In this document: positions 14,083 through 26,372 of the stretch, piece by piece
Layout of the letters: the number at the start of each line of letters is the position of its first letter
Numbering within the stretch: the first letter of the stretch is position 1
From: Zootoca vivipara
Taxonomy: Eukaryota
Assembly (NCBI RefSeq): GCF_963506605.1
Contig: NC_083279.1
Span: forward strand, 2,790,001-2,854,000
Length of the DNA: 64,000 nucleotides
Direction of reading: 5' to 3'
Program-made: the position numbers and the translations under genes
The notes under the pieces: model-generated
Told to the model about the DNA's origin: nothing
Databases searched by the model: none
The model's input: only the letters and a program-made list of their open reading frames with translations

Positions 14083-17000
14083 AAGGAACTAATAACTCAA
14101 CTGTAGGGGTGACTTTCTAGTGATCTATGGAAGGGAATCAGGTACTCATAATTATGTGCGCCTGTAGAGGATGTCTGAGCTTCGTGGCTCCCTTGATATA
14201 CCTCTGCTGCCTGTATTATGAAAATCCTGGTCTTGGACATAGGTTTCTGGGATGATTACTGACTCCATCTCTTTCCACCTTTAAAACACGTTTCAGTCTG
14301 GGTTGCAAGAAACAGGCCTGTGTTGCCATTTGTTTCATGCCTGGCTGTAAAACATTTGGCTCAATAGATCTGGGTAAAAGGGCATCTGTTAATCTGCCTT
14401 CCTTCCTGTTAGCCTTTGAAAAGCTGACAAACCTGTTTTCTGACAAGACACTGTTAATCTATGCAAGAATTCCTGGGGCTCTTTCCTGTCTTTAGTAGTA
14501 GTCTCTTTGAAGTCCAGGAAGCTTTTTTAGCATCTTGGTGTTAGTTCCAGATCTTCCCAACAGTATCAGATTCAAGGTGGGAGGAAACCTGGGAGGGGTT
14601 TTAGAAGTTAGGATGAATTCTATTGGATGATTTGAATCTTTGTAACCTTTTGATATTGTAATAAAAAGATCTGGCGAAGGGAAAGAGAGACGCACTTTCC
14701 CTCCCAGAGATTTGCTGGTTGAATCTCTGTCCTTTGTCTTTTGTTTCCATGTGGTATTCCCACATTCAACCTAGTAAAACACACCTTCCAGCGTTTCCTA
14801 CTTTTGACTTCTGTGCTTGCATAATTTTTCTCAGTTCATTTGAAACACCTCATCCCAACACACAAATATTGTATCCTCTAAAAACATGGGCTAGGGGCAG
14901 GGGCAATATTGATGCAATATATGCATTATTATGTGTGTGTGAGAGAGTGATCAGGGGGTTAGTGTAGCATATTGGGCTTGTGTTGAAAAAAAATTGTGAG
15001 GGAAGGAATCGTGTTCAATACCTCCAACAGATAAATGGAATGAAATACAATTTTAGCTGTAAGCTGCCTTGAGTCCCTGTCAGGGGGAAAGGCAGGGGGA
15101 AAGTGCAAAGTTGCAATCCTGGTGTATTGGCGATATTTACTCCCACTCCAGCAAAACCCAGGTGGGTTTTCCAGGGTGAATCTGAATGTGTGAGCAAGCC
15201 CCCAAATTTTGACAGCATCCGCAAGGGGTAGGGAAGGAGCAGGAGGAGGCAGGGCCCCTGCTGAAGCCCCCAGTGGACTCACATGTGCTGCTAGATCAGA
15301 AGATCCTTGCAGACCTCATTTGCATAAACAAACAACAAAACATTTTTTTAAAAAAATGTGTGTGGGGTTTTTGGGGTGTGTGCACTGTCCCCAAACACAA
15401 CCACATAGAGGAATGTTTGGATTGAAACCTCAGTGGAATTATCCATTTGTTGCAAGAACAGACATTTGCAGCCTGTAATTTAAGCAGCTACATTGATAAG
15501 CCAACAAAGCAGAAAGCAAAACATGATGCATTGTATCCAGAAAGTAAAATGTATACTACTCAATGAAGAAAGAAGTGGATGGATGCATGTTGCTGGAGCT
15601 CATTTAAATTGATATTTTCAGGTGAAAGTCTAGGGTGGAGCCCTAGAGGCCTCTTCACTTGTGAATCTTTGTGTGTGGAAACATCCCTTTCGCCAAAGAA
15701 ATGGATACATGTTCATAGGAGGACATGAATCAGGGCTACTTGCTCAGCAAAAGAAAGGTATGTACAGGTACTGCTATGATTCAAGGTGCATTTATTCTAA
15801 TTATGCATACAAATTGCCAATTATAGAAGTAGTTAGGTGTTTGCATACTCAGTTAGACTGCAGCATGGGGACACATTTTCATGGAAATATGGGCCTGTAT
15901 CTGAATTTCAAAGAGAAACCCAGCAGAAGGAGCCTGGCTGAACAACAGCACCATCTGCAAGGAACTGAAGAGGAATGCATACCTTGCAGATCTTGTAAAA
16001 GCAAAACAAACAACCCTCAAACATTTTGAAATTAATTTCAAACACAAAGATCACTTAAGCATTAAAGTGTTTGCAAGATCTGATAATGTTTTACATGTAC
16101 CTGAGAGTTCAGCATCATGCACAGAAAAGGATCAGAGGAGAAAGAATTATTTGGACCCCTGCAATTCCAGAGAGGGTTTGCCATTCCTCATCCTGAGATT
16201 TCAGAGCCCAAACCTGAGACCTGGGGGTGGCCTCCGGCGATGCTATTAAACACATCAAACATTCAGGCCATTCAAATAAAAAACACAAAGTCTAGCAAAT
16301 GAGAAAAACATCACTGGTTGAAATGATGGGCTAAGTGGGTGTTCCTATGCTTGTTGTGTGTTTTAATGTTTTAATGATGCAACTGCAGGCATTTAATTTC
16401 CGTCTGATATCATTTCCTTCTGAACTCCAACCTCAACAACACTTCTGCCTATATACATTATACTTCAGGAAAAAAACTAGATTTTAAAAATCAGGTAGGA
16501 ACATTTTAATCCAGTAGACGAAATTGCACAACCTTCTTGATCTTGAGGTTCAGATACATGGGTATTTTCCTACACATGTACATTAAGACAGATGCCAGTA
16601 GCCTCTGAAAATAAATTCCACTTACATAATGACACACATTTCATGTCAATTGAATTCAGTTTTTCTGAGTATATTTATGACGTGAATGAGGCGGGCATCT
16701 TTTTCTATTTTACATGAATAAACAGTTGTCTTGCCTGAAGCATGTCTTTTTTTTCAAATTTTATATTCGAAAATTTGACCTTTAAAATAAAATAATAATA
16801 ACTTACATAATGAATTGCAGAGTACATGCATTAATATTGTATTAGTGGCATATTAGCTCATACAATTTTATGGGCGACAGTCTGAAGGCAAAGATATTTC
16901 ACATTAAAATTTTGTTAAAGAACTACAATAATCCACTTGGATGCAACCTCAACATTTCACAGCTAGAAAAAAAGTGTTTTCGAATTTACCAGGTATTATC

Positions 17001-17084
17001 TCAGTTGCATTAACAAAACCATCAAGGTCATAATTAGCAAGCATTAACCTAATGAAAATAACACTAAAAACAGTAGGATTGGTG

Positions 17085-17224
17085 TAGTTACAGGTAGGTA
17101 GCCGTGTTGGTCTGATGTAGTCGAAACAAAATAAAAAAAATCCTTCCAGCAGCACCTTAAAGACCAACTAAGTTTTTATTTTGGTATGAGCTTTCGTGTG
17201 CATGCACACTTCTTCAGATTCTTT
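17085..17224 (-). mobile_element. Penelope-like retroelement terminal (pLTR) fragment with 13-bp TSD
   Basis: Flanked by AGTAGGATTGGTG at 17072-17084 and 17225-17237. Contains CTGAAGAAGTGTGCATGCACACGAAAGCTCATACC (minus strand) and GTAGCCGTGTTGGTCTG, typical of reptile Penelope ends. Related copies at 54796-55046. Confidence 0.85.
17183..17219 (-). ncRNA. Minimal type I hammerhead ribozyme motif (Penelope-associated)
   Basis: Minus strand reads CUGAAGA-A-[GUGUGC-AU-GCACAC stem II]-GAAA-GCUC-AUACC, with both catalytic boxes intact and a palindromic AGCU in place of stem III. The 5' strand of stem I is truncated. Confidence 0.65.
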
Positions 17225-17550
17225 AGTAGGATTGGTGAACAAGCATATTGCAGTGGGGAAATTATAGCTGAAAAAACTAATGGTAAAAAGGATTTTGTCT
17301 GCCTTTATGAGCGGCAGGTGGAGGGAGACCCTTCAGAAATGAAGTCAATGAAGAAATGAGGAATGAAGTCAACATGACTTGACCTTCTGGCAGATTCCGT
17401 TGCTGTGGCCAGATCTCGTGGGATTTGGGCAAGGTTTCATGTGGAGACAGCAGGGGGGTTGGGAGAGCTGCAGGGATGCTGGAATTTTTCAATTGGAGAG
17501 AATGGATTGAAGATGGGTGTGCGCGGTGCGATTCAGCACTTCTGTGCATG

Positions 17551-18306
17551 TGCAGAGTTAATAACTTGCTCATAAATACAAAGAAAACAAAGGAGCTTGT
17601 GGTGGACTTTAGGAGACAGAGGAGCAAGGTCCAGCCACTTTTGATTGATGGAATTTGTGTGGAGAGGGTAACAACGTTTAGATTTCTAGGCATTGAGTTA
17701 CAGGAGGATCTGTCCTGGAGTGTTAATACAAGGGGGCTTGTGAAAAAGGTGCAGCAAAGACTATTTTTTGAGAATTTTAAGGAAAAACCATCTTCCACAA
17801 AAGCTGCTGCTTGCCTTCTATCACTGTGCCATACAGAGCGTGCTGACGTACGGTTTATGTGTGTGGTATGGAAGCTGTACTTCTCAGGACAGAGCAGGGC
17901 TGTGCAGAATTATTAAAACAGCAGAGAGCATTATTGGCTGCTCACTCTCCACCTTAGAACAAATCTACACCACCAGGTGCCATAGAAAAGCACTAGACAT
18001 ATCAAGAGATCCAACGCACCCTGGTCACCATTTCTTTGAGCTCCTGCCATCGGGACGGAGATACAGAACAATGCAGGCAAGAACGAGCCGTCTCAGGAAC
18101 AGTTTCTTCTCTAGAGCGATTTTGGCCTTAAATGGAAAGCCTGGACTTTGAAGTCATCTTATTTTACTTGTTATTTTGTATTATATTTACTCTTTTTAAT
18201 TAGGTTTTGTAATTTTGGATTATGCGGAATGCTTTATCTGAGTGGATGTAGCAACCGAGTAATTTCGTTGTTCCAGCAAAGGGACAATGACAATAAAGAT
18301 ATCTTA
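17551..18306 (+). mobile_element. Rex1/Babar LINE 3' part
   Basis: NNLLINTKKTKELVVDFRR...FRFLGI, then after one frameshift near 17765 AFYHCAIQSVLTYGLCVWYG...DPTHPGHHFFELLPSGRRYR...RLRNSFF (Rex1-type C-terminus). 3' end AATTTCGTTG...CAATGACAATAAA. TSD TGTGCATG at 17543-17550 and 18307-18314. Confidence 0.9.
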
Positions 18307-18590
18307 TGTGCATGACATCAATCGTCGCATCTGTGCATGCGCGAACTGCCGAACCTGGAAGTAACCCATTCTGGTACTTTCGGGTTCAGCGCGTACCTAT
18401 CCTGTGTTGTACACAACCCACAGCATTCGTAACAAGAGGTATGACTGTAATGAGAAGAAACAGATCTTGGAGGTTCCTCCTCCCGCCCCCCGCCCCCCAA
18501 CCATGAAAAGATTTCATACTGACCTGTATGCACATTTATCACTTTAACTATATGTATATGGTGATAAACCTTAAATATATGTATATATCT

Positions 18591-18944
18591 GGGACACGGG
18601 TGGCGCTGTGGGTTAAACCACAGAGCCTAGGGCTTGCCGATCAGAAGGTCGGTGGCTTGAATCCCCACAACGGGGTGAGCTCCCGTTGTTCAGTCCCTGC
18701 TCCTGCCAACCTAGCAGTTTGAAAGCATGTCAAAGTGCAAGTAGATAAAGAGGTACCACTCCGGCGGGAAGGTAAACGGCGTTTCCGTGCGCTGCTCTGG
18801 TTCACCAGAAGTGACTTAGTCATGCTGGCCACATGACCTAGAAGCTGTACGCTGGCTCCCTCGGCCAGTAAAGCGAGGTGAGCGCCACAGCCCCAGAGTG
18901 GTCCCGACTGGACCTAATGGTCAGGGGTCCCTTTACCTTTACCT
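18591..18944 (+). mobile_element. Sauria SINE (full length)
   Basis: 5' GGGACACGGGTGGCGCTGTGGGTTAAACC head, central GTGAGCTCCCG...GCCAACCTAGCAGTT, 3' GGTCAGGGGTCC(CTTTAC)n tail, flanked by TATATGTATAT repeats. Confidence 0.95.
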
Positions 18945-20233
18945 ATATGTATATGTGTCTGATGAACAAAATAAACTTGGGACCTAATTTGCAAAGGCAG
19001 AGCCCCCTGAAATCACTCATCATGGAGTAAACAGTTGAAATCACATTCATTTTCTCCCGGCAAATGTATCTCGAACGAAGTCCCAACAACCACCTTGAGC
19101 GCTCCCTGTGACAGCTGGTTGATGCACCAAGTGACATCCACATCTCGAACACTCCCAGGCTGCTGTCGATTCTCCTCCTCTTCCCTGTCAAGGTGCTCTT
19201 TAGGCTACCTACCACCAGATCTATATGACACATGGGCTCCTGGGAGGGTCAGCTCTGTAAGGTTGATGCTTAGCTCCTCCAGCAGCTTTTCCACTCTGGA
19301 GACTTGGGAGATGCTGTTTTTGGTACAACTGCAGAAAAGGCAAGGAGGGCACAGTATAAATGTGCCATCTGAACGATGGAGCACATCATCCCAAGGGAAG
19401 AAAGGAAGGTTGAAACTAAAATGTTCTGAAGATGTAGAAAGGCTGGGGAATTCATTGAATGTTGCAAGGCAATTTTTTCCATAAAAAATATCCGTACTGT
19501 AATTTTACATCTTGCAAATCCATTTATGTGGCAATCAAACATCTGGAGGATCTACATGTCGGAAGCTTGCTTATCCCCATAACAAGCGCATTATGTTTGT
19601 TCACTGATGCATGAGCATTCTGGAAACTCAGCAGAAAGTAAATACACGGCAAGGAACTGATCCATATGAGAGCTTAAGAATAAAACTATACATGCAACAT
19701 GTTTCTGTTATCTCTCATGCATGAAGGGGAATAAATGCTACAGATAATCACCCAATATGATTGTGAATAAGAGCCATAAACTTCCATAAACTTTATCTTA
19801 TTTTAACTACCGGTACTTCCAAGTGTTTAGTCAAAGCCTGCCAATCTTTCTACTTGTTTACAATATTTTTGTACATATACAATAAATGCCTCCCATTCTT
19901 TATTGAATTTCTCAGTGTCATTGTATCTGAGCTTTTCTGTGCCATCTGAACGATGTTTTGCCATTTCTGCATAGTCCATCATTTTCAATTGCCATTCTTC
20001 TATAGTTGGTATCTTAACTTCCTCCCAACTTTGGGCTAGTAAGATTCAGGATGCTGTTGTTGCATACATAAACAGTTTTTCCTTTTCCTTCAGAATTTGA
20101 TCTTCTGTTATTCCTAATAAAAACACTTCTGGTTTTTTGGTAAAAGTCATTATAAACATTTTCTTCAGTTCATTATATATCATTTCCCAGAAATTCTAAA
20201 CCATTTTACACTCCCACCACATATGGTAAAAAG

Positions 20234-20369
20234 CAGGCATAGGCAACCTTGGCTCTCCAGATATTTTGGAACTACAACTCCCATGATCCCTAGCTAACAG
20301 GGCCAGTGGTCAGGGATTATGGGAATTGTAGTTCCAAAACATCTGGAGAGCCAAGGTTGCCTATGCCTG
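20234..20369. mobile_element. hAT-Charlie (URR1-like) palindromic MITE
   Basis: TIR CAGGCATAGGCAACCTTGGCTCTCCAGAT and its reverse complement, with internal ACTACAACTCCCAT. 8-bp TSD GTAAAAAG/GTAAGAAG (7/8). Confidence 0.9.
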
Positions 20370-20686
20370 GTAAGAAGTATCCTCTTTTTCTTCAAATTTT
20401 AAACACTTATTGGAACTTGTTCTACACTCTCTTTTTTGCAATATTTTCAAGTAGTTCTCTTTCAGTGTTGTACATGCAATAAATTTCAGATCTACCTTCC
20501 AAAGTTTTTCTGAATCACCTATTTGGATATTATGTCTCAGATCTCTCACCCACTTTATCATCACACATCATCACACCTCTTCATCCTTTGTTTCCCATTC
20601 TAGCAACAAACTACTGTATACATTTTCTTCAATAGTTTGGTATTGTCCTCTACAATTTCTCTTTGAAATCTAGATATTGTATAATT

Positions 20687-22611
20687 TAACAACAACAACA
20701 AATCCGTTTATTGTGAGGACCATGCCTGTACACAAATAACAACACAGCAATAATTAAAAATATTAAATGATTAAGAAAAATAATTAAAAATATTAAAATT
20801 CATTGCATGCTATCCCAACAAAACCTTCATCCCACAAAACAGGAAGAGAAGGAAGACAAGCAACGAGTTAAACAGATGATGAAGGGGTCTTTACATTGTC
20901 ATCCATAAATCTTTCCCTGGCTTTCATGGCCTTCATCACAAAAACCGCTACCGCTACCGCTACCCCACGTGTTTGCATCAACTAACAAAAATTTTACTCT
21001 ATCTTCAGGATTGATTATAGAGTTGGGTATAATTTGCAGCATTGCATCTCTAAAGCCCGAGTAAATGGGGCAATAGAGGAGGTAATGGGTAAGATCCTCT
21101 TTAATTTTCATAAGGCAAGGGCATAAACGATGTTCTACTGGGGTTTTTGTGAATCTACCGGTCAGATATGCAGTTGGCAATGTTTGGAACCGCGCCATAG
21201 TAAAAGCTCTCCGAAGGGTGGGATCAGTGATCTCCACCAAGTAGTTGGCACAGATTCTGACTGCTTTTACTCGGGGAAACCAGTAGGAAAACCCAGAGTT
21301 TTTTATCTTCGTGGTGTCCAAAAAGGCGTCTTTTTCAAAAATCCATTCCCGAACTTTATCAGGGCTCCACAGTTTGAGAGTATTAAACTCAGGTAGATTG
21401 TATCTGGATAGAATATCTAATAGGTTTTGACGCCAAGTAGTATTATGTTGTAAAGATACTAAGGCTTGCTTAGCCAATAAGGTGTTTGAGGCATCTGCGA
21501 GGTTGGTGAAAAAACGCAGAAATCTTAAGTGGGCCCTGGCAGACACAGAAGGTAATCCTACTTCCACTCTTAGGAAAGCTGCCGGAGTACTCTGAGGGAG
21601 GCCTAGAATTCTTCTGAGATAAAAATTTTGGAAGATTTCAAGCCGTTCTAGCAGCTTCTGATTCCATCCCCAGAGTTCTACCCCATATAGCATCTGGGGA
21701 ATCACTTTTCCAACAAAAGCTTTTAGTGCCGGGATCACCAGTTGCCCTCCCCTCGTATAAAAGAAGCTGAGCAAAGCACCAATTGTCCTATGTGTTAGAA
21801 GGGTTACAGCCTTGACATGGGCACGCCAGCTAGATGTGGCTTGGAAAGTAATACCAAGATATTTTAAAAAGGACACTGTTCAATTATGTGTTCATCTAAA
21901 GACCATCTAAATGTGTGGCGAGCTCTAGTAAACACCACAATTTTGGTTTTGTCATAATTTATCTTTAGAGAGTTTTGGGAACAATAAGCTGCGAGCCCCT
22001 CCAGCATGCTGTGTAGGCCCCTTCGAGTAAGTGCCATGACAGCCATGTCGTCAGCATATAGCAATATATTCAGATGTTTGCCTTCCAGGGCAGGAGCTGA
22101 TGACTTGTACTTCGCCATATGTTGAACAATGTCATTTATATAAAAATTAAATAGGAACGGTGCTAACAAACAACCCTGTTTAACCCCTTTCCCCAGTGGC
22201 AGTGGGTCAGTATAGTTGCCTGACATCCCGGTTCTGATTTTGACTGTGGTATCTGTATGTAACTCTCTAAGTATTTTGAGAAGTCGTCTGTCAATGTCTG
22301 TTTCATATAGTTTTTGCCATAGTTTGTCCCTACAGATTGAATCAAAGGCAGATGTAAGATCTACAAAAGCCACGAAAAGTTTGCTCTTATGTACCTTTGT
22401 ATACTTATCTATCATTGTCTGTAGTACCAAACAATGACCTGTTGTGCTGTGGCCCTTTCTAAACCCTGCCTGTTCCGGATTAAACAAGTTAGAGTGGTCA
22501 GCCCAGTCAACCAGTTTGTTTAGCAGGTAGCGAGTATAGAGTTTGTATGCGATGTCCAGGAGACTTATGGGGCGATAGTTTGACGGGTCTTGGGTGTCTC
22601 CCTTCTTATAA
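20687..22611 (-). mobile_element. RTE-X clade LINE, 5'-truncated, RT domain plus C-terminal Cys/His motif
   Basis: NYRPISLL, EQAGFRKGHST, AFVDLTSAFDS, GVKQGCLLAP, YADD, KYLGI and RLCPC...EDLTHYLLYCP. One frameshift near 21870. AATAAA plus (TTG)n tail. 11-bp TSD ATTGTATAATT at 20676-20686 and 22612-22622. Confidence 0.88.
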
Positions 22612-24869
22612 ATTGTATAATTGAATCCTCTCTTTTTTTGGTCTTCTTTAAATGTCTCATTTAATTGAAAATATTGTAGTCCGTCTGATACCTATTCTCT
22701 TATTTTATCAAATTTTCTTAATTTCAGTTGATTTTCCACTTCCACTGGGAGCTCTCTATATGTTGACCAATTTGTCCTCATATTTATCTTTTTAAGGGAT
22801 ATTGCTTCCATTGGTGACAGCCATCACCTTGAACAAAAGAACAAAATATGCTCGTTAATTCTTATTGGTGAACTACCAGAAGGGAGAGGGGAACTCCCGT
22901 ACTTGACAGAGCTTTTGTTAAAGATTCAAACCACCGTACCACAGAGGATCTCAGAAATGTCTGAATGCTCCAAAACAGGACAGGGGGATTTCTTGGGCCC
23001 AGTGGGCCAGTTCATTATCTGACACCAATACTGTGCACCAACTTTGGTAGGTGGGTGTGACAATCCACTCTTTGATCACCGGATGTCATTATGATATCAG
23101 ATGATTGACTGGTTGGTTGTCTCACCCATCCGTCAAAGTTCTGGGAGCTGCAGAGCAGGAGTTTGCTGAGTTCAGGGCTGCCTCTCTACGTGCCCCATAG
23201 CGGACATCACATGTGACATCAGATGTGGCTCAGATGTGGCAAATAGGGCCCTAAGCCAGGCCAAGTTTGGCCTGAGGGCCAGAAGTTCCCCACCCCCCAC
23301 ATACTAGAACTTATTCCAATTCAATATACATTACCTATTCTTAGCAATATTTGCAACAATCCTGCCTGTATTGAAAATGTGAAATTGCAGCTTGCACACC
23401 TAGCATTTTATCTGCAGGTCCACTAGGAATATAAAAAAGATCATGTGATTATTATTTTATGGTAGGTTCCAGGGTTGAGAGAGAGAGTATATCAGCTACC
23501 CTAAACCTCAGCTTCCAAAATATAAGACTAACCTAGCGAACACTTGACTTGCCACTTCTTAGAAGGCTTTCACTGAATACCTTGGAAACAGCTAATTCGC
23601 ACATGCAACAAGCTCACATAATATAACCTAGAGCAGCTTGCCATGCACATGGGAAAATCACACCTTTGAATGTGCTCTCAACATCAAATTCTTTCTTCAC
23701 AAGGGAAGACAGAACCTAATACTGTGGATCCTCAAGTGCTGAACCATCCAGAGAAGAGCCATTGAGTGATACACATTCTTGACAATTACATCTAGGGGCA
23801 TATTGTGGCACAGCTGAATTGCGCTGATAGATTTCAAACATACACTTTTAATAGGGAAGAACTACTTACACCTGTTCAGGAATGTGAACATTTTCACAAT
23901 TGTATTTATGGTGAGCAGATCATTGATGCATTGGATCACAACTACAACTCTCATATTACCTTTGCAATAAGCAGCCGGGAGCATGTACACAAAGAAAGTG
24001 ATTCAGATTGAACAATGGAAAATCTGGAAGCTGATTATATAGCCAAAAATCACTTAGCACCAGGAAGCATATCAGGAGTGTCTTACACTTGTTTTTAATC
24101 AAGGGAAATTCTGTAAAAAATCAGTGGTGATTTCCTTTAATGAGCTATGGTTAGGGGAGAAAGTGCAATAAGCAGAGGTGGATTAACAAGAAAATCCCTG
24201 AGCCACAAGAAGATGAGAGCTTCACACACCCTTGTCTTACCCTGATCTTGCAGGTGCTAAGAGCATGAGCTCTGAGCCAGGAAGTCTCTGGATCAAATCT
24301 CTTCTCCACCACTAACACTCTAGATGGCCTTAGGCAAGTGACCATTCCCCCAAACAGCAAAAATCCAAATGATAAAACCAATGTTACAGTTTTCTGGTAA
24401 AGATTACAGAAATTATATATGTAAAGCACCGTTATATATGTAAAGCACACCAGCTGTCACCAAATTTTAAGCATATGTGACAACCTTGGCTCACATTTAC
24501 TCTTTATTCTTTATCTTTCTTCCTTCTGCTGTTTTCCTCAATGACTGTGTTTGCTGCTAGGCCATGGTTTGGCTAAAAAATCTATTATTAAAGCTTAAGG
24601 CATCCCAAAAACAACCAAGCAACTTACTTTCTCTGCCCGCTGCTTCACCACACCTCCGGTTCATTATCGCAAATGCTTTTGTGGCACTCTACTACTGGCA
24701 TTGCCTCACACTTACCACTGGCAAGATGTTTCAAAGGGTAAGGAAACCTCATTTGGGTCTCCGCAGTCTATCTTTTTCTCCATTAAAGGAACATTGCATG
24801 TTCTCTCCAGCAGTGGAGGTCTCCAAACTCCAAAAACCAAAGCTCAAATGCAAATGCAAAGCAAACAAA

Positions 24870-26372
24870 GTTTGGGAAACACTGGTTGGTTGGCTGGTTG
24901 CCTGGTTGGCTGGAGACAATGGAAGCGTGTGCCTACAGGGGTGAAGTCAAGCCACTGGAGAGTTACAGCGCTTGCTGTGGATCCTTGGCAGTTAGCAAAA
25001 TTCTTCTCCAGCCAAAGCAGAAGTTGCACAAAGCAGAAGTGCGACCATGAATCAACAGTGCCAGAACAGCCATACCTGGACTTTGTGAATGCTTCTCTGA
25101 TTCTATTGAACAAGCTCTACGGAACTGCCCCAAAGACAGCGTCAAAGCAAGGTGGAACCACATCAGAGAGGCAACCTACAACACAGCTAGGTCATCTTTT
25201 GGCAAATCTCTGACAGGTTTGAGGCTGGCATTAAGGACATGAGGCCTGTTATTGCCGCAAAGCATGAAGTTTCTGTGAACTAGAAGCATGCTCCTTGCAA
25301 GATGACACTTGCTGAACTGAGAAAGGTTCAGAATCCCAGGTGGCAGATCAATGGGTACTGGCTAAAGCTGTGCCAGAGCATCCAACTCACTGCTGACAAC
25401 AGCGACACTCATAAAATGTATGAAGGCATAAAGAAAGCCTTTGGACCAACAGTCAGGAAAACTGAACTACTGAAAACAAAAACTGTACTCATGGGAAAAC
25501 ATGGTCTCTGACACAGCAATCAACAGCATCCAGACCCTGCCTGTCGTGGAAGAGCTGGATGACCCTCCTTCCCATGACGAACTGAAGAATACCATCAACG
25601 CTCAGAAGCTGGCCTCAACTTCTCCCTCATGACACACCTCCATGGCCTCCTACTGCAGCGTTGGGAACAAGGATCCATGCCACAAGGCATGCACAACTTC
25701 AGCATTGTGACCCTCTACAACAACAAAGGTGACCACCATGACTGTAACAACTATCATGGGATCTCCCTGCTGAGGACCACGGGGGAAAGCCTTCCCCCAT
25801 GTGGTTTCCAACAGATCACAATCACTCGCAGACGAGGTCTATCCCAAGTCACAATGCAGCTTCAGAACTCAGAGTCAACATGATGTTCTCACTGCTGAGA
25901 GCAGAGACACCCTTGTCTTGCCTTCATAGACCTGGCAAAGTCCTTTGATTTCATCAGCCAAAAAGGACTCTTCACGCTGCTTCACAAGATAGGTTGCCCA
26001 CCGAAGTGCCACAAGATGATCCTGTCCTTCCACAAGAATATGTGTGGACCATCCATTATGATGGCTCACCTGTGGACCCCTTCTCTACACAGGGCAGCAT
26101 GAAATAGTACTGTGTTCTTCTGCAACCCTCTTTGGTGTATTCTTCTCCCTGTTGCTCTCCTGAAGGCAGTGAGCAACAGGGGTCTGTTCAACCTGGCACA
26201 ACTCCACACTGAGACAAAAGTGTGGCAGGTCCTTATCTGACACATGTTGTTTGCAGATGACACAGCTTTGACAGCGTACTCTAAGGAAGCTCTACAGAGG
26301 CTCATCAACTGTTATGCTCAAGTCTGCAGGGAATTCGGCCTCACCATCCGCCTGATGAAGACCAGCATCCTA
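24870..26372 (+). mobile_element. Heavily degraded RTE-clade LINE
   Basis: Fragments MYEGIKKAFGP, IVTLYNNKGDHHDCNNYHGISLL, AFIDLAKSFD and LFADDTAL...FGLTI, with many deletions and frameshifts. Confidence 0.85.

Larger units (their letters stand above)
19790..22828 (-). mobile_element. L1 LINE ORF2 3' region, degraded, interrupted by a MITE and an RTE-X
   Basis: Minus-strand remnants WLSPMEA, LWKVDLKFIACTTLKENYLK, YHMWWEC, KKPEVFLLGI, YATTA, IPTIEEWQ match the other L1 copies at 30109-30441 and 55755-56334. Confidence 0.85.

Noticed and set aside
15622-15757. Segment bounded by good splice consensus (TTTTCAG|...AAG|GTATGT)
   Set aside because: Stops in all three frames. It could be a non-coding exon, but this cannot be supported without RNA data.
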